Shown: piece after piece, positions 1-9,247 of the stretch
How the letters are laid out: each line of letters starts with the position of its first letter
How positions within the stretch are numbered: the stretch's first letter is position 1
DNA from: Nitrosococcus oceani ATCC 19707
GTDB taxonomy: Bacteria > Pseudomonadota > Gammaproteobacteria > Nitrosococcales > Nitrosococcaceae
Direction: 5' to 3'
DNA: 32,000 nucleotides
NCBI RefSeq assembly: GCF_000012805.1
Contig: NC_007484.1
Location: 2,820,001 to 2,852,000, forward strand
Translations under genes and position numbers: made by a program
Notes under the pieces: model-generated
The model's database searches: none
Told to the model about the DNA's origin: nothing
Seen by the model: only the letters and a program-made list of their open reading frames with translations

Positions 1-267
1 GGGATCATTATTCATCAAGTCCAATAACGTAAACTGCCACTTGAATACTAGCCAGGGCTTAGCTCAAAGGACGTGATGCTGGTCCCAAAAAGGAGTAAGA
101 AGCATAAATTAGGCACCCCTACGAATAAAACAAAAAATATTCTCGGAGCGAGGGAGCAATATTTTGCAAACTTTTTTTCAGAGGGGGAAAATAGGTTTGT
201 AGGAACTTCCCTATCCCTTAGCTCTGCACCCCTCCACTCTAATACTTCAAAATTTTTACCAAGGTAC

Positions 268-1323
268 TTATTCTTTTGGATACATGGGACGTAGGCGTTC
301 AATGCCCCCGTAGATGATCCCAAGGAACATCAGTGTTACTAAAAATATCCAAGGCAAGGCTTCCCGGTTCGCATCTGCCCACAGGGCTACAGTAACCAAG
401 GCCATATTAATACCGCTGATAGCTAAAAGCACTTTACGATGGGACCATCCAATTTGATATAATCGCTGATAGGCATGAGAACAATGGGCGCTATACCAAC
501 GCTCGCCAGCCAGAATCCGACGTAGTAAAGTCACTGTGGCGTCAAACCAAAACACGCCATAGACTATTATCCATAGCAAAATCGGAATATCCCACCAAAC
601 GTGCCCAGCAAACGTAAAGGCAGCAATCAAAAACCCTAGAAAACCACTTCCTCCATCTCCCATAAAAATTCTAGCGGAGGGCCAATTCCACACCAGAAAA
701 CCAGCAACTACAGCTACTAACACCCAAGCCAGATAAGCATAGCCATAGGCCTCTGCCTCCCATAACCACCACCCTCCAACGCTGAAAACAAAACAAGCCT
801 CCATTCCCGCAAGTCCATCAATACCATCCATAAAGTTAAAAAGATTAATAGACCAAACCATGGCAAAAAGGATGCCCGCTACTACTCCTAATTCTGGCCA
901 GAAAAATATCTCCCAACCATATTGACGGATATCCATCGCCAATAAAAAATAAACTGCAATTAAGGCAGCGATGAAGTGCGTAACAATCCGCCACAGAGGA
1001 CTCACATCATAAAGATCATCCCCGTAGCCAATCCCTGCCACCAGGAATGCTCCTGGCAATAAAAAAAACGCGGCTTCAGAAGATATTTCACCTCTACCCC
1101 AAACCAGTAAAGCTGCTCCCAACCATAGCCCCACAAACACTACTCCCCCTCCCCGAGGGGTGGGGCTCTGATGGGAAGAGCGCGCATTCGGAGAATCCAG
1201 CAAACCCTTACTCAAGGCGTAACGCCGAAAACAACCGACCAAACCTAAAGCGGCTAGAAAAAAAACAGGCAGTAATAAATAAAAATAGGCGGTCAAAATT
1301 AAGTTAGCTGGTGAAATTAGCAC
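268..1323 (-). CDS. Polyprenyl-phosphate HexNAc-1-phosphate transferase (WecA/WbpL-like, MraY superfamily); initiating enzyme of the polysaccharide cluster
   Basis: 351-aa ORF that is almost entirely hydrophobic, with many TM segments. MraY/WecA-type signatures are visible in the translation (GYGDDLYDVSP; NLFNFMDGIDGLAG). The GTG start at 1323 overlaps the TAA of the upstream glycosyltransferase gene, indicating translational coupling. Confidence 0.85.
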   Translation of the reverse strand: MLISPANLILTAYFYLLLPVFFLAALGLVGCFRRYALSKGLLDSPNARSSHQSPTPRGGGVVFVGLWLGAALLVWGRGEISSEAAFFLLPGAFLVAGIGYGDDLYDVSPLWRIVTHFIAALIAVYFLLAMDIRQYGWEIFFWPELGVVAGILFAMVWSINLFNFMDGIDGLAGMEACFVFSVGGWWLWEAEAYGYAYLAWVLVAVVAGFLVWNWPSARIFMGDGGSGFLGFLIAAFTFAGHVWWDIPILLWIIVYGVFWFDATVTLLRRILAGERWYSAHCSHAYQRLYQIGWSHRKVLLAISGINMALVTVALWADANREALPWIFLVTLMFLGIIYGGIERLRPMYPKE

Positions 1324-2465
1324 AAAGATTTAGGCAATAGTTTTCCATAGAGATTAAGTGTCTGCATGTTGATCAAGTCTACAGAATGCTCCGCAACCAC
1401 CAATGCTCTTCCCTCCTGGCCCATACGTTGACGCATCTCAGAGTCCTTAATCAAGGTTCCCAATGCCTGGGCTAATTCCCTGCTATCTCTTACAGAAACC
1501 AGTAAACCATTTTTTCCATGGCGAACGATCTCGCGGCAGCCTGGCATATCCGTAGTCACAATGGGCCGCCCACAGGCCGCTGCCTCAATTAAAATCTTAG
1601 GCAAACCTTCACGGTAAGAAGGCAAGCAAATTATGTTTGCCCCTGCCAGAATTACTGGCATATTGTCACGATATCCCCACCACTCCACAACTCCCTGATC
1701 TCGCCATTCTTTGAGCATACTTTGAGGCACCGCAGCCGGATTCCCTGGATCGGTATCCCCTACTAGCACAAAACGCGCGTTCACTCCCGCTGCTTGGAGT
1801 ACCCGTGCTGCATCAACAAATTCACCAACACCTTTATCCCATAGCATACGCGAAGCCATTACTACCACAGGCACATCTACTGGCTCTGGTTGGGGCGAAT
1901 AGACCTGTATATCTACCCCGGAGCCCTTTATTAAGATAGTTTTTTCTTCAGGCACCGCACCAGCTTCAACAAAGAGCAATCTATCATCTGGATTCTGAAA
2001 AAGAACGTAGCTATTACAGTGCCCCATCGCCAACCGGAATATCTTATTAAGAAAATAACGCAGTATATCCGCCCCCACCCCCTGAGCGGTAAAGACGAAG
2101 CCTAACCCGGTAAGCGCATTGACCACTGCGGGCACGTAAGCCAAACGTGCCGCTATCCCCCCATAGAGCACCGGTTTAAGGGTAACATGGTGGACTAAAT
2201 CTGGCCTTAACCGGCGATAAAGAAAATAAAGAGCCATAATCCCTTCAATCTCCTTCCATGGATTTCGGCCTTGCCGGCTCAGAGGAATAGGATGGTAAGA
2301 AAAGCCCTCCTGCCGAATTTTCTTCACTGCGGTAGACTCTGGTGTGGCGACATGGATCTCGTATCCCTTCTGTCTTGCCGCCTGGGCGAGGGGCAAACGA
2401 TGAGAAAGAAAAAAGGCGGCTTCATTAACGACAAAAAGAAGACGGCACACAGAATTACTGAGCAT
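1317..2465 (-). CDS. Glycosyltransferase, GT1 fold (CAZy GT4-like)
   Basis: 382-aa ORF with a C-terminal E-x7-E region typical of retaining GT-B enzymes (REGLPKILIEAAACGRPIV). Its ATG lies inside the last codons of the asnB-like gene (11-nt overlap). Confidence 0.85.
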   Translation of the reverse strand: MLSNSVCRLLFVVNEAAFFLSHRLPLAQAARQKGYEIHVATPESTAVKKIRQEGFSYHPIPLSRQGRNPWKEIEGIMALYFLYRRLRPDLVHHVTLKPVLYGGIAARLAYVPAVVNALTGLGFVFTAQGVGADILRYFLNKIFRLAMGHCNSYVLFQNPDDRLLFVEAGAVPEEKTILIKGSGVDIQVYSPQPEPVDVPVVVMASRMLWDKGVGEFVDAARVLQAAGVNARFVLVGDTDPGNPAAVPQSMLKEWRDQGVVEWWGYRDNMPVILAGANIICLPSYREGLPKILIEAAACGRPIVTTDMPGCREIVRHGKNGLLVSVRDSRELAQALGTLIKDSEMRQRMGQEGRALVVAEHSVDLINMQTLNLYGKLLPKSLC

Positions 2466-4437
2466 CTAACCAAGCTTGAAACATCAAGACGCACCACAGG
2501 GGATATTGCCAGTTACGCCGCCCGCTGAGATGCTCCCGCCATTTTTTACGGATAGGCTCAGGGTAGAAATATCCTTCTCTCCTAAGCTTGCTGGCATCAA
2601 GTAAATCTTCCGCCCAGTGGCGCAGCGGACCCCGTAACCACGCGTCAATAGGAACCCCGAAACCCATCTTTGGGCGTTCTACCAATGCCTCAGGGACATA
2701 ACGGTATAAAACCTGACGCAATATCCACTTGCCTGTCCCCGCCCGTACCTTCAACCCAAGCGGTAGGCGCCAGGCAAATTCCACCAAGCGATGATCGAGC
2801 AGCGGAACACGGGTTTCTAAACTCACCGCCATACTTGCCCGATCCACTTTGGTCAGGATATCACCGGGAAGATAGGTTATTAGGTCGAGGAACATCATCC
2901 GTTCGGTAAGATTAGTCAGTGCAGGATAGGACCAAACTTTATTAGCTGAACCCGAAGGCTCGAAACCATTAATAACAATGCTGCCAGGATTCTGCCACTG
3001 GGAAATCAGCTGCTCATAAATAACCGCTGGAGAGTCCGAGGCCAAAATGGCTGCTAGCTTATGCAATTTATCGCCCGGATGGGCCTGCCGGAATCGGGCT
3101 GGCAAGATGGGGTCCAGACTTGCAAAAACCTTATCCCAAACCGAAGGAGGGAGAGCCCCCAGCATTTGAGCAGCCAACTGACGCCCGAGGCGGGGAAACC
3201 TGCCTGCCTTATTCCAAATCTGCTTGCACCAGAAATAGCGATTATAGCCGCCTAGCAGCTCATCGCCTCCATCTCCAGACAGGGCCACGGTGACATGCCG
3301 TCGTGCCAACTGGGACACCAGAAAAGTAGGAATCTGAGAGGAATCAGCAAAAGGTTCATCGTAGATGCTGGGAAGCCGTGGGATCACGGCCATGGCTTCC
3401 TCCGGACTGATATAGAGTTCAGTATGATCCGTGCCTAAATGATGGGCCACTTGGGCGGCATGAACCGCTTCATTATAACCCTCCTCGTGGAAACCAATAG
3501 AGAAAGTTCGAATGGGCTGGCTGCTTTGGGCTTGCATTAGGGCGGCAACCGTAGAAGAGTCAATTCCCCCGGAGAGAAAGGCGCCCAGAGGAACATCAGC
3601 GACCATCTTACCTACCACAGCATCTCGTAGCCGCTTCTCCAGTTCAGCGATGGCCTCTTTATCACTACCCCTAAAAGGGACTGTCACCCCGTTTTCCACT
3701 GCCTTCCAGGCGGACCAATAAGGTTGCAGAACGCTCCTTTCTCCCTCTTGCGGAAAGGGGGCAAGCGCCTTATTTACCCTTAAACTTTCCCAACTTAACG
3801 CTAAAAAACATCCCGGCGGAAGTTTATAGATCCCTTGGTAAATAGAAAAAGGGCTAGGGATGTAATTATGACGCATCAAAAGCGTTACCGCTTTCCGATC
3901 TATCTCCCCCTGCCAGAATGGATAGGCTCGTAACGCCTTGAGTTCGGAACCAAATAAAAAAGCTCCCTTCATCCAACCGTAATATAAAGGTTTTTCTCCC
4001 AGCCGGTCCCGAGCAAGATAAAGCACCCGCGCCTTTCTATCCCAAAGGGCCAGGGCAAACATGCCCACACAGCGCTGCAGAGTTTTGCTTACTCCCCACG
4101 CCTCAATCCCCGCCAGCAAAACCTCGGTATCCGAATAGCCATGCCACTGGGTTTCTCTTCCTTCTAGCTCTGTCCGCAGTGCTTTATAATTATAAATTTC
4201 CCCATTAAAGACAATCACGTAACGGCCACTAGCAGAAAGCATGGGCTGATGGCCACTGGCGGAAAGATCCACCACCGCTAAACGTCTATGAGTAAAATGA
4301 ATTCCCGTTTCCCGTTCGCACCAGATTCCTTCGTCATCCGGCCCTCGATGAATTAGCTCTGATGCCATTTTAGTGAGGATTTCTCCCGCCTGATCCACCG
4401 GCAACGAAGAATCATAAAAACCTGCAAACCCACACAT
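2455..4437 (-). CDS. asnB: Asparagine synthase (glutamine-hydrolysing) family amidotransferase, probably a sugar/uronate amidotransferase in this context
   Basis: 660 aa. The N-terminal MCGF gives the Cys2 Ntn-amidotransferase nucleophile, and SGGIDSS is the PP-loop motif. A TAATG overlap joins it to the upstream GT gene. Confidence 0.9.
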   Translation of the reverse strand: MCGFAGFYDSSLPVDQAGEILTKMASELIHRGPDDEGIWCERETGIHFTHRRLAVVDLSASGHQPMLSASGRYVIVFNGEIYNYKALRTELEGRETQWHGYSDTEVLLAGIEAWGVSKTLQRCVGMFALALWDRKARVLYLARDRLGEKPLYYGWMKGAFLFGSELKALRAYPFWQGEIDRKAVTLLMRHNYIPSPFSIYQGIYKLPPGCFLALSWESLRVNKALAPFPQEGERSVLQPYWSAWKAVENGVTVPFRGSDKEAIAELEKRLRDAVVGKMVADVPLGAFLSGGIDSSTVAALMQAQSSQPIRTFSIGFHEEGYNEAVHAAQVAHHLGTDHTELYISPEEAMAVIPRLPSIYDEPFADSSQIPTFLVSQLARRHVTVALSGDGGDELLGGYNRYFWCKQIWNKAGRFPRLGRQLAAQMLGALPPSVWDKVFASLDPILPARFRQAHPGDKLHKLAAILASDSPAVIYEQLISQWQNPGSIVINGFEPSGSANKVWSYPALTNLTERMMFLDLITYLPGDILTKVDRASMAVSLETRVPLLDHRLVEFAWRLPLGLKVRAGTGKWILRQVLYRYVPEALVERPKMGFGVPIDAWLRGPLRHWAEDLLDASKLRREGYFYPEPIRKKWREHLSGRRNWQYPLWCVLMFQAWLDAQ

Positions 4438-5576
4438 TAAGGGGTCACTTCCAGGTACAATTGCTCATACTGGTGTACGATTTCCGAGAGATTAAAATGC
4501 TCAGCAATACGCCTACGGGCTTTCTCACCTAATCCTTTACGACCCTTGACTCCTACCCCGATTAACGCTTGCCAGGCGGCGGCTAGAGCCTGAGGGTTCT
4601 TAGGTGGCACGATTTTGCCCGTATCCGCAATGAGATAGGCTGAATCTCCTACATCCGTGGCGACACAAGGTATACTGCAAGCCATTGCCTCACCTAACAC
4701 GTTAGGAAAACCCTCCCCCCATGCCGACGCGACGGTGGCAATATCCAATGCCATCATGAGCCTAGAAATATCCTGCCGCTCCCCCAGCAAATACACTTTT
4801 GAGCCTAAACCTAACCGGCCAATAAGCTCGATTAGGGGACCATTAGGCAGGTCGATACCCCGCCCGGCTAATAGAAAAGCAATCCTCATTCCTTCCTCTG
4901 CCTTCATGAGTTCCGCAGCTGCCCGCAGAAAATTCGAGTGATCCTTCATGGGATGATAACGTGCAATCAGCCCAATCAAGAGGGTATTAAGCGGAATTTC
5001 TAGCTCTTTTCTTACCTGCTCTCTCATTCTTTTATCAGGGTAATATTCATTACAATCGAAGCCATTGGGGATAATCCGGGTCTTCTGGGGCTTAAACCCC
5101 ATCGCCTCATGCTGCGAGGCGCTGGTTTTACTATTATAAAGAATAATCTTCGGCGATCTGGAGAGCCACGCACTCCCATAAATCACTTGCCGGGTAAGCC
5201 ACCGTTCTTTTGCCAGCCCATAGAGAGACTGCCGGATATTCCACAACACCGGAACTCGCCGCCCTAGGGATGAGGCCGCTACAGTCGCCGCTAGATTGCC
5301 ATGATACATCCAACCTTGAATCACATCGGGGTCGAGTTTTTTGAGAAGGCGGCGCAAATCGATTAAAACTCTGGGCCCCGGAATACCTCGCTTCATCCCC
5401 AGGGGATATACTGGTACTCCTAGGGATTGGATCTGAGGGCCTATAACTCCTTTATCCAGCAGAGAAATCACACTAGGATTAAAGCGCGATGCAGTTCGAT
5501 TGGCTAACAATCTAAGCAAGGTTCTCTCCGCCCCTCCCACATTTAATCCGGTGATGACATGAACCACGTTTATCAT
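4437..5576 (-). CDS. Glycosyltransferase, GT1 fold (GT4-like)
   Basis: 379 aa. N-terminal GGAE motif (GLNVGGAERTLL) and an E-x7-E region (GEGFPNVLGEAMACSIPCVATDVGD). Confidence 0.85.
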   Translation of the reverse strand: MINVVHVITGLNVGGAERTLLRLLANRTASRFNPSVISLLDKGVIGPQIQSLGVPVYPLGMKRGIPGPRVLIDLRRLLKKLDPDVIQGWMYHGNLAATVAASSLGRRVPVLWNIRQSLYGLAKERWLTRQVIYGSAWLSRSPKIILYNSKTSASQHEAMGFKPQKTRIIPNGFDCNEYYPDKRMREQVRKELEIPLNTLLIGLIARYHPMKDHSNFLRAAAELMKAEEGMRIAFLLAGRGIDLPNGPLIELIGRLGLGSKVYLLGERQDISRLMMALDIATVASAWGEGFPNVLGEAMACSIPCVATDVGDSAYLIADTGKIVPPKNPQALAAAWQALIGVGVKGRKGLGEKARRRIAEHFNLSEIVHQYEQLYLEVTP

Positions 5577-5607
5577 GTAATGCCACTATGCCAGAGGAGA
5601 AGCATTT

Positions 5608-6714
5608 TTAAAGATTGAGGGCCTCAAGATAGGCGGTTATGGCCCGCTCTAGGCTGAAATCCGCAGCCCGCCCCCTCAATACTGGAGCTGTGAGCCTTCG
5701 CCCCTCTAAAATATGCATAATTGCCTCTGCCATGGAAACATCATCCCCCACTTGAACCAAGGGTCCATAGGTTCCACCGCAAAGAATTTCATTGGGCCCA
5801 CTAGGGCAGTCAGTTGCAACCACCGGTGTACCCACCGCTAGGGCTTCCATCAAAACTCCCGGTAAACCCTCCCAGGCCGAGGACAGCACAAGCACCGCAG
5901 CCCGGCTCATATAAGCGTAAGGATTTTGGACAAAACCAGGTAAGGCCACTTCATCTTGGAGATTCAACGCCCCGAGCAGGGCCTCTAATTTTGAACGTTC
6001 TTCCCCTTCGCCCAGGATGATAAGCCGTGCCAGACGCCGTTCCCGAACCTGAGCAAAAGCTCGGATAAGGGTCGGGAAATCTTTTTGCGCCGTCAATCGT
6101 CCTATGCCGAGAATCACCGGGGGCTGCTCGGCTCCCAACCAGAAATGTGGGATAGGGGCTTGAGCCTGGGCTAACAAATCCGGAATCACCACAGGATTAT
6201 GAATAACTTCAACTCTCTCCGGGGCCAAGCCCGTCGTGTGGATCAAGTCTTTAGCACCCCCCTGGGAAACAGCCACAACTTTATTAGCCCTTGGATACCA
6301 GCGGCTGATAAGCCAAGGAATAAGGCGGGCGCGCCAGACCCTAGCATGGCGTTGTTCGATAGAAAGCGTACTATGTACACTGACTACGCAACGGGCCTTA
6401 GAGACTGTCAACCGCTTGGCCAATAACGCGATAAGATTGGCGTGGTCTAAAGCTGACAGCAAGGCTTGGGGCTGCTCCCGCCGTAAATAACGCATCAAAC
6501 CCGGCAAGCTTTTTATCACACGGGAAGCCTCCAAGTTCACTACACGAACTGCGTCAGGAACCCGGCTAAGATAGGGCCCCTCTGCATTGGCCAGGATCAA
6601 ATCTACACGCAAACCGCGCTCGGCGAATCCTCCTGCCAGGGTCAACATTATTCGCTCTGCACCACCGCCATGGAGGGAAGGTAGAAATAAAGCGAGGCGC
6701 TTGGTTTTTTTCAT
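5608..6714 (-). CDS. Glycosyltransferase, GT1 fold (GT4-like)
   Basis: 368 aa. N-terminal LHGGGAERIM motif and an E-x7-E region (WEGLPGVLMEALAVGTPVVATD). An ATGA overlap joins it to the flippase gene. Confidence 0.85.
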   Translation of the reverse strand: MKKTKRLALFLPSLHGGGAERIMLTLAGGFAERGLRVDLILANAEGPYLSRVPDAVRVVNLEASRVIKSLPGLMRYLRREQPQALLSALDHANLIALLAKRLTVSKARCVVSVHSTLSIEQRHARVWRARLIPWLISRWYPRANKVVAVSQGGAKDLIHTTGLAPERVEVIHNPVVIPDLLAQAQAPIPHFWLGAEQPPVILGIGRLTAQKDFPTLIRAFAQVRERRLARLIILGEGEERSKLEALLGALNLQDEVALPGFVQNPYAYMSRAAVLVLSSAWEGLPGVLMEALAVGTPVVATDCPSGPNEILCGGTYGPLVQVGDDVSMAEAIMHILEGRRLTAPVLRGRAADFSLERAITAYLEALNL

Positions 6715-8144
6715 ATAATGCGCCGCTCAAGAAAGAGACGATTAAATAGTAATGTGCGGCTACCGGCAATATTAAATACCAACACAAAAAGCCCATAACT
6801 AACCATGCCGACAAGAATCTGAACGCCAAGCCCCGTGAATCCTTTGAGGGAGAGTAAGGGCCAAAGGGCGAGCCCCATGGCAAGCGTGGCAACAATAATT
6901 TTCAGGCTCTCGTATCCTGGAATAGGCAGTTTAAAATAGCGTCTTCCCAGGATCACACTCAGTACTAATGCCGACAGATAGGCGCAAGCCGTTCCATAAG
7001 CGGCTCCCATGATGCCAAGCTTAGGAATCAGCCAGAGATTTAAGATTAAATTGATGGTGGCCGCTACCAACGCAATCCAAACCTGCGCTAGGGTGCGCTG
7101 ACCAAGCTGGAAAGCCAAATCGAAATAATAAGCCTTGATACCAGCCAGGAATGAGGCCATTGCAATCCAGAAGCTAAGCGCTACCGCGGCTTTTCTGAAT
7201 TCAATGCCAAGCACCACCTGGGCGATATTGGGCGCCAGAAGGATCAAGCCAACGGTAGCCGGCAAGGCGATACATAAAAGGCCAATAGCATTTTTTTTCA
7301 GCTGTACTTGCGCAGCCCCCCAGCCTTCCTGCTCTAGTGCATGAACGGCAAGGGGATAAGCAGCTAAATGAACTACCATCATCAATACTCCCAGAATCTG
7401 GTGAGGCAGGTCATACCCCACCGCATACAGCCCTGCCGAATGAGACCCCTGCAACCATCCCAGCAGCAAGCGGTCTGAACTGCTCACCACAAAAGTCAGC
7501 GCAAAAGTGGCAGTGAGGGGAAGACCATAGGAGATCAATTGCCCCATCAACTCTTTATCAACATAATAAGGGCTAAGATGACGCCATTCCTCTCGCGCCC
7601 AGATTACGATGGCAAGGATGAGCCCCCCAGTAAGTCCCCAGAGAACACCGGTTGCACCAAATCCCCACCAAGCAAGAATACTGCCTAAGGTAAGCGAAGT
7701 CAGCGCCTTAGTGATAGCCAGCAACCCATAACGCTGGGGAGTCAGCTGGGAGGCAGTCATCTGTAGATGAGCATCAAAGAGAGCCTGGGCCCATAAAAAA
7801 AGAATTCCTAAACCAATCAGCGATCGCATCTCGGGCTCTGGCCAAATACCCCACAAAACTAACCCTACCATTGCACTGAGCAATACGACCATCAGATAAC
7901 CAGCCGCCAAAGTAGAAAGAAACCTCGGTTTACAATCTCGATATCTTGCCAGATATCGCAAAAGCCCTAAGTTTAGCCATTGAAACAGGACTGCATTGGC
8001 GAGTCCTACCGCGGCAATGACAAGGGCGTAACGACCATATTCATCAGGGGCAAGCAAGCGCGTGTATACTGCTAGTGCAGCAAAATTAATCAGCCCAGGC
8101 AGACCACGGGCAAGGGTGTATAAGGCGCTATGTCGTAGTAACAT
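6711..8144 (-). CDS. wzx: Polysaccharide/O-unit flippase, MOP superfamily (Wzx-like)
   Basis: 477 aa, polytopic with roughly 12-14 hydrophobic segments. The N-terminus (SALYTLARGLPGLINFAALAVYTRLLAPDEYGRYAL) is typical of polysaccharide biosynthesis proteins. It is the first gene of the coupled GT cluster. Confidence 0.8.
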   Translation of the reverse strand: MLLRHSALYTLARGLPGLINFAALAVYTRLLAPDEYGRYALVIAAVGLANAVLFQWLNLGLLRYLARYRDCKPRFLSTLAAGYLMVVLLSAMVGLVLWGIWPEPEMRSLIGLGILFLWAQALFDAHLQMTASQLTPQRYGLLAITKALTSLTLGSILAWWGFGATGVLWGLTGGLILAIVIWAREEWRHLSPYYVDKELMGQLISYGLPLTATFALTFVVSSSDRLLLGWLQGSHSAGLYAVGYDLPHQILGVLMMVVHLAAYPLAVHALEQEGWGAAQVQLKKNAIGLLCIALPATVGLILLAPNIAQVVLGIEFRKAAVALSFWIAMASFLAGIKAYYFDLAFQLGQRTLAQVWIALVAATINLILNLWLIPKLGIMGAAYGTACAYLSALVLSVILGRRYFKLPIPGYESLKIIVATLAMGLALWPLLSLKGFTGLGVQILVGMVSYGLFVLVFNIAGSRTLLFNRLFLERRII

Positions 8145-8338
8145 AGGAGAAACCTACCCCTATCTTCAAGTGGCTCTGGTTAGACAAGATACGCCAAAAT
8201 AGCTTAGAAAAGCCTTGGAATAGCCGCAATCAGTGGGTACCGAGCGGTAAAAATCAATTAAAGAGAGTTCATGGCGGTAGCCGGTTAATCACACCTCTGC
8301 AACGATTCCATGATACTTTATTATTCGCCCCCCCGCAG

Positions 8339-8977
8339 TCACACTTGAACCATAGGCTTAACCGGTTTAGCCGCTCCCTCAGGGATAATACCTCGGCATT
8401 TTAGTAAATGGATAACCATCTCTACATTTTCTTCCACGGCATGGGAGCCTGTATCAACCACTAATTCTGGCCTTTCTGGTTCTTCATAGGGGGAGGAGAT
8501 TCCGGTAAATTCAGAAATCTCTCCAGCACGGGCTCGCCGATAAAGGCCCTTCACATCCCGCTGCTCACAGATGGCAAGAGAGGCTCGGCAGTAAATTTCC
8601 AGAAAATCGCCTTCGGCCACTAAATCCCGTACCCTCTGACGATCTCGCCGAAATGGAGAAATAAATGCTGTCAGAGCAATGACCCCGGCGTCCACAAAAA
8701 GCTTACACATTGCTCCGATACGGCGGATATTCTCGGCCCGATCCTCTTCAGAAAAACCTAAATCGGTACATAGTCCATGACGCACGTTATCACCATCGAA
8801 GACAAAAGTCTGGCATCCCATTTGGAAAAGCCGTGCCTCAACCGCATGAGCTAACGTGGACTTACCCGCGCCAGAAAGGCCGGTAAACCATAAAATCGTG
8901 CTCTTGTGATCATTTAGCCGTTCTCGATCCGTGCGCCTAACGATAGGCTTATGCCATACAGTGTTACTCGAAGGCAT
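8339..8977 (-). CDS. cysC: Adenylylsulfate (APS) kinase
   Basis: 212 aa with a P-loop GLSGAGKST and an overall CysC-like sequence ([14 protein letters not shown]). Confidence 0.9.
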   Translation of the reverse strand: MPSSNTVWHKPIVRRTDRERLNDHKSTILWFTGLSGAGKSTLAHAVEARLFQMGCQTFVFDGDNVRHGLCTDLGFSEEDRAENIRRIGAMCKLFVDAGVIALTAFISPFRRDRQRVRDLVAEGDFLEIYCRASLAICEQRDVKGLYRRARAGEISEFTGISSPYEEPERPELVVDTGSHAVEENVEMVIHLLKCRGIIPEGAAKPVKPMVQV

Positions 8978-9210
8978 GATTTTCCCTTCCGTAAAAATTA
9001 TGATCGAATATCCCTTCCCTATGAAGGTGCATAGCAGGAACAGTATTAACCGATCCTGGCATTGTCAACCCACTTGTTAGCGCTTTTAAGACTAGAAGCA
9101 TTAACCTTTCAAGCCAGAAGGAGGTACGATAATATTTGTCGGCAAATCAAGAGGACTTGCCCCATAATAAAAATTAAAACCCAAATTTATAAGCCATGAT
9201 GCGATAATAT

Positions 9211-9222
9211 GGTGGTAGCTTG
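9211..9222 (+). promoter_or_regulatory. ops-like element (GGTGGTAGCTTG vs the enterobacterial ops consensus GGCGGTAGnnTG)
   Basis: 9 of 10 specified positions match. It sits on the coding strand 26 nt upstream of the manC ATG, in the leader of the manC/rfaH-like gene pair. Such a match is expected by chance about once or twice per window, so only the location supports it. Confidence 0.25.
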
Positions 9223-9247
9223 ATTGATGCAATTTAAGGATAATACT

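Noticed and set aside
146-225. Imperfect inverted repeat GAGCGAGGGA / TCCCTTAGCTC and GAGGGG/CCCCTC pairs downstream of the WecA-like gene
   Set aside because: The arms are interrupted and the loop is about 60 nt. On the mRNA strand the structure is followed by an A-run rather than a U-run, so it is not convincing as a terminator or repeat element.
48-323. ORFs 48..323 (-) and 73..294 (+) in the AT-rich left end
   Set aside because: They overlap each other and the end of the WecA-like gene. They have no ribosome-binding site and odd, basic, low-complexity composition. The region looks non-coding. A possible minus-strand gene start at ATG 15..13 running off the window cannot be supported.
8273-8284. 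Exact ops core GGCGGTAG (GGCGGTAGCCGG) in the cysC-wzx intergenic region
   Set aside because: It is on the plus strand, which is the template strand for the minus-strand genes on both sides, and no plus-strand gene follows. The distal TG of the consensus is also missing. An exact 8-mer is expected about once by chance in 64 kb of two-strand sequence.
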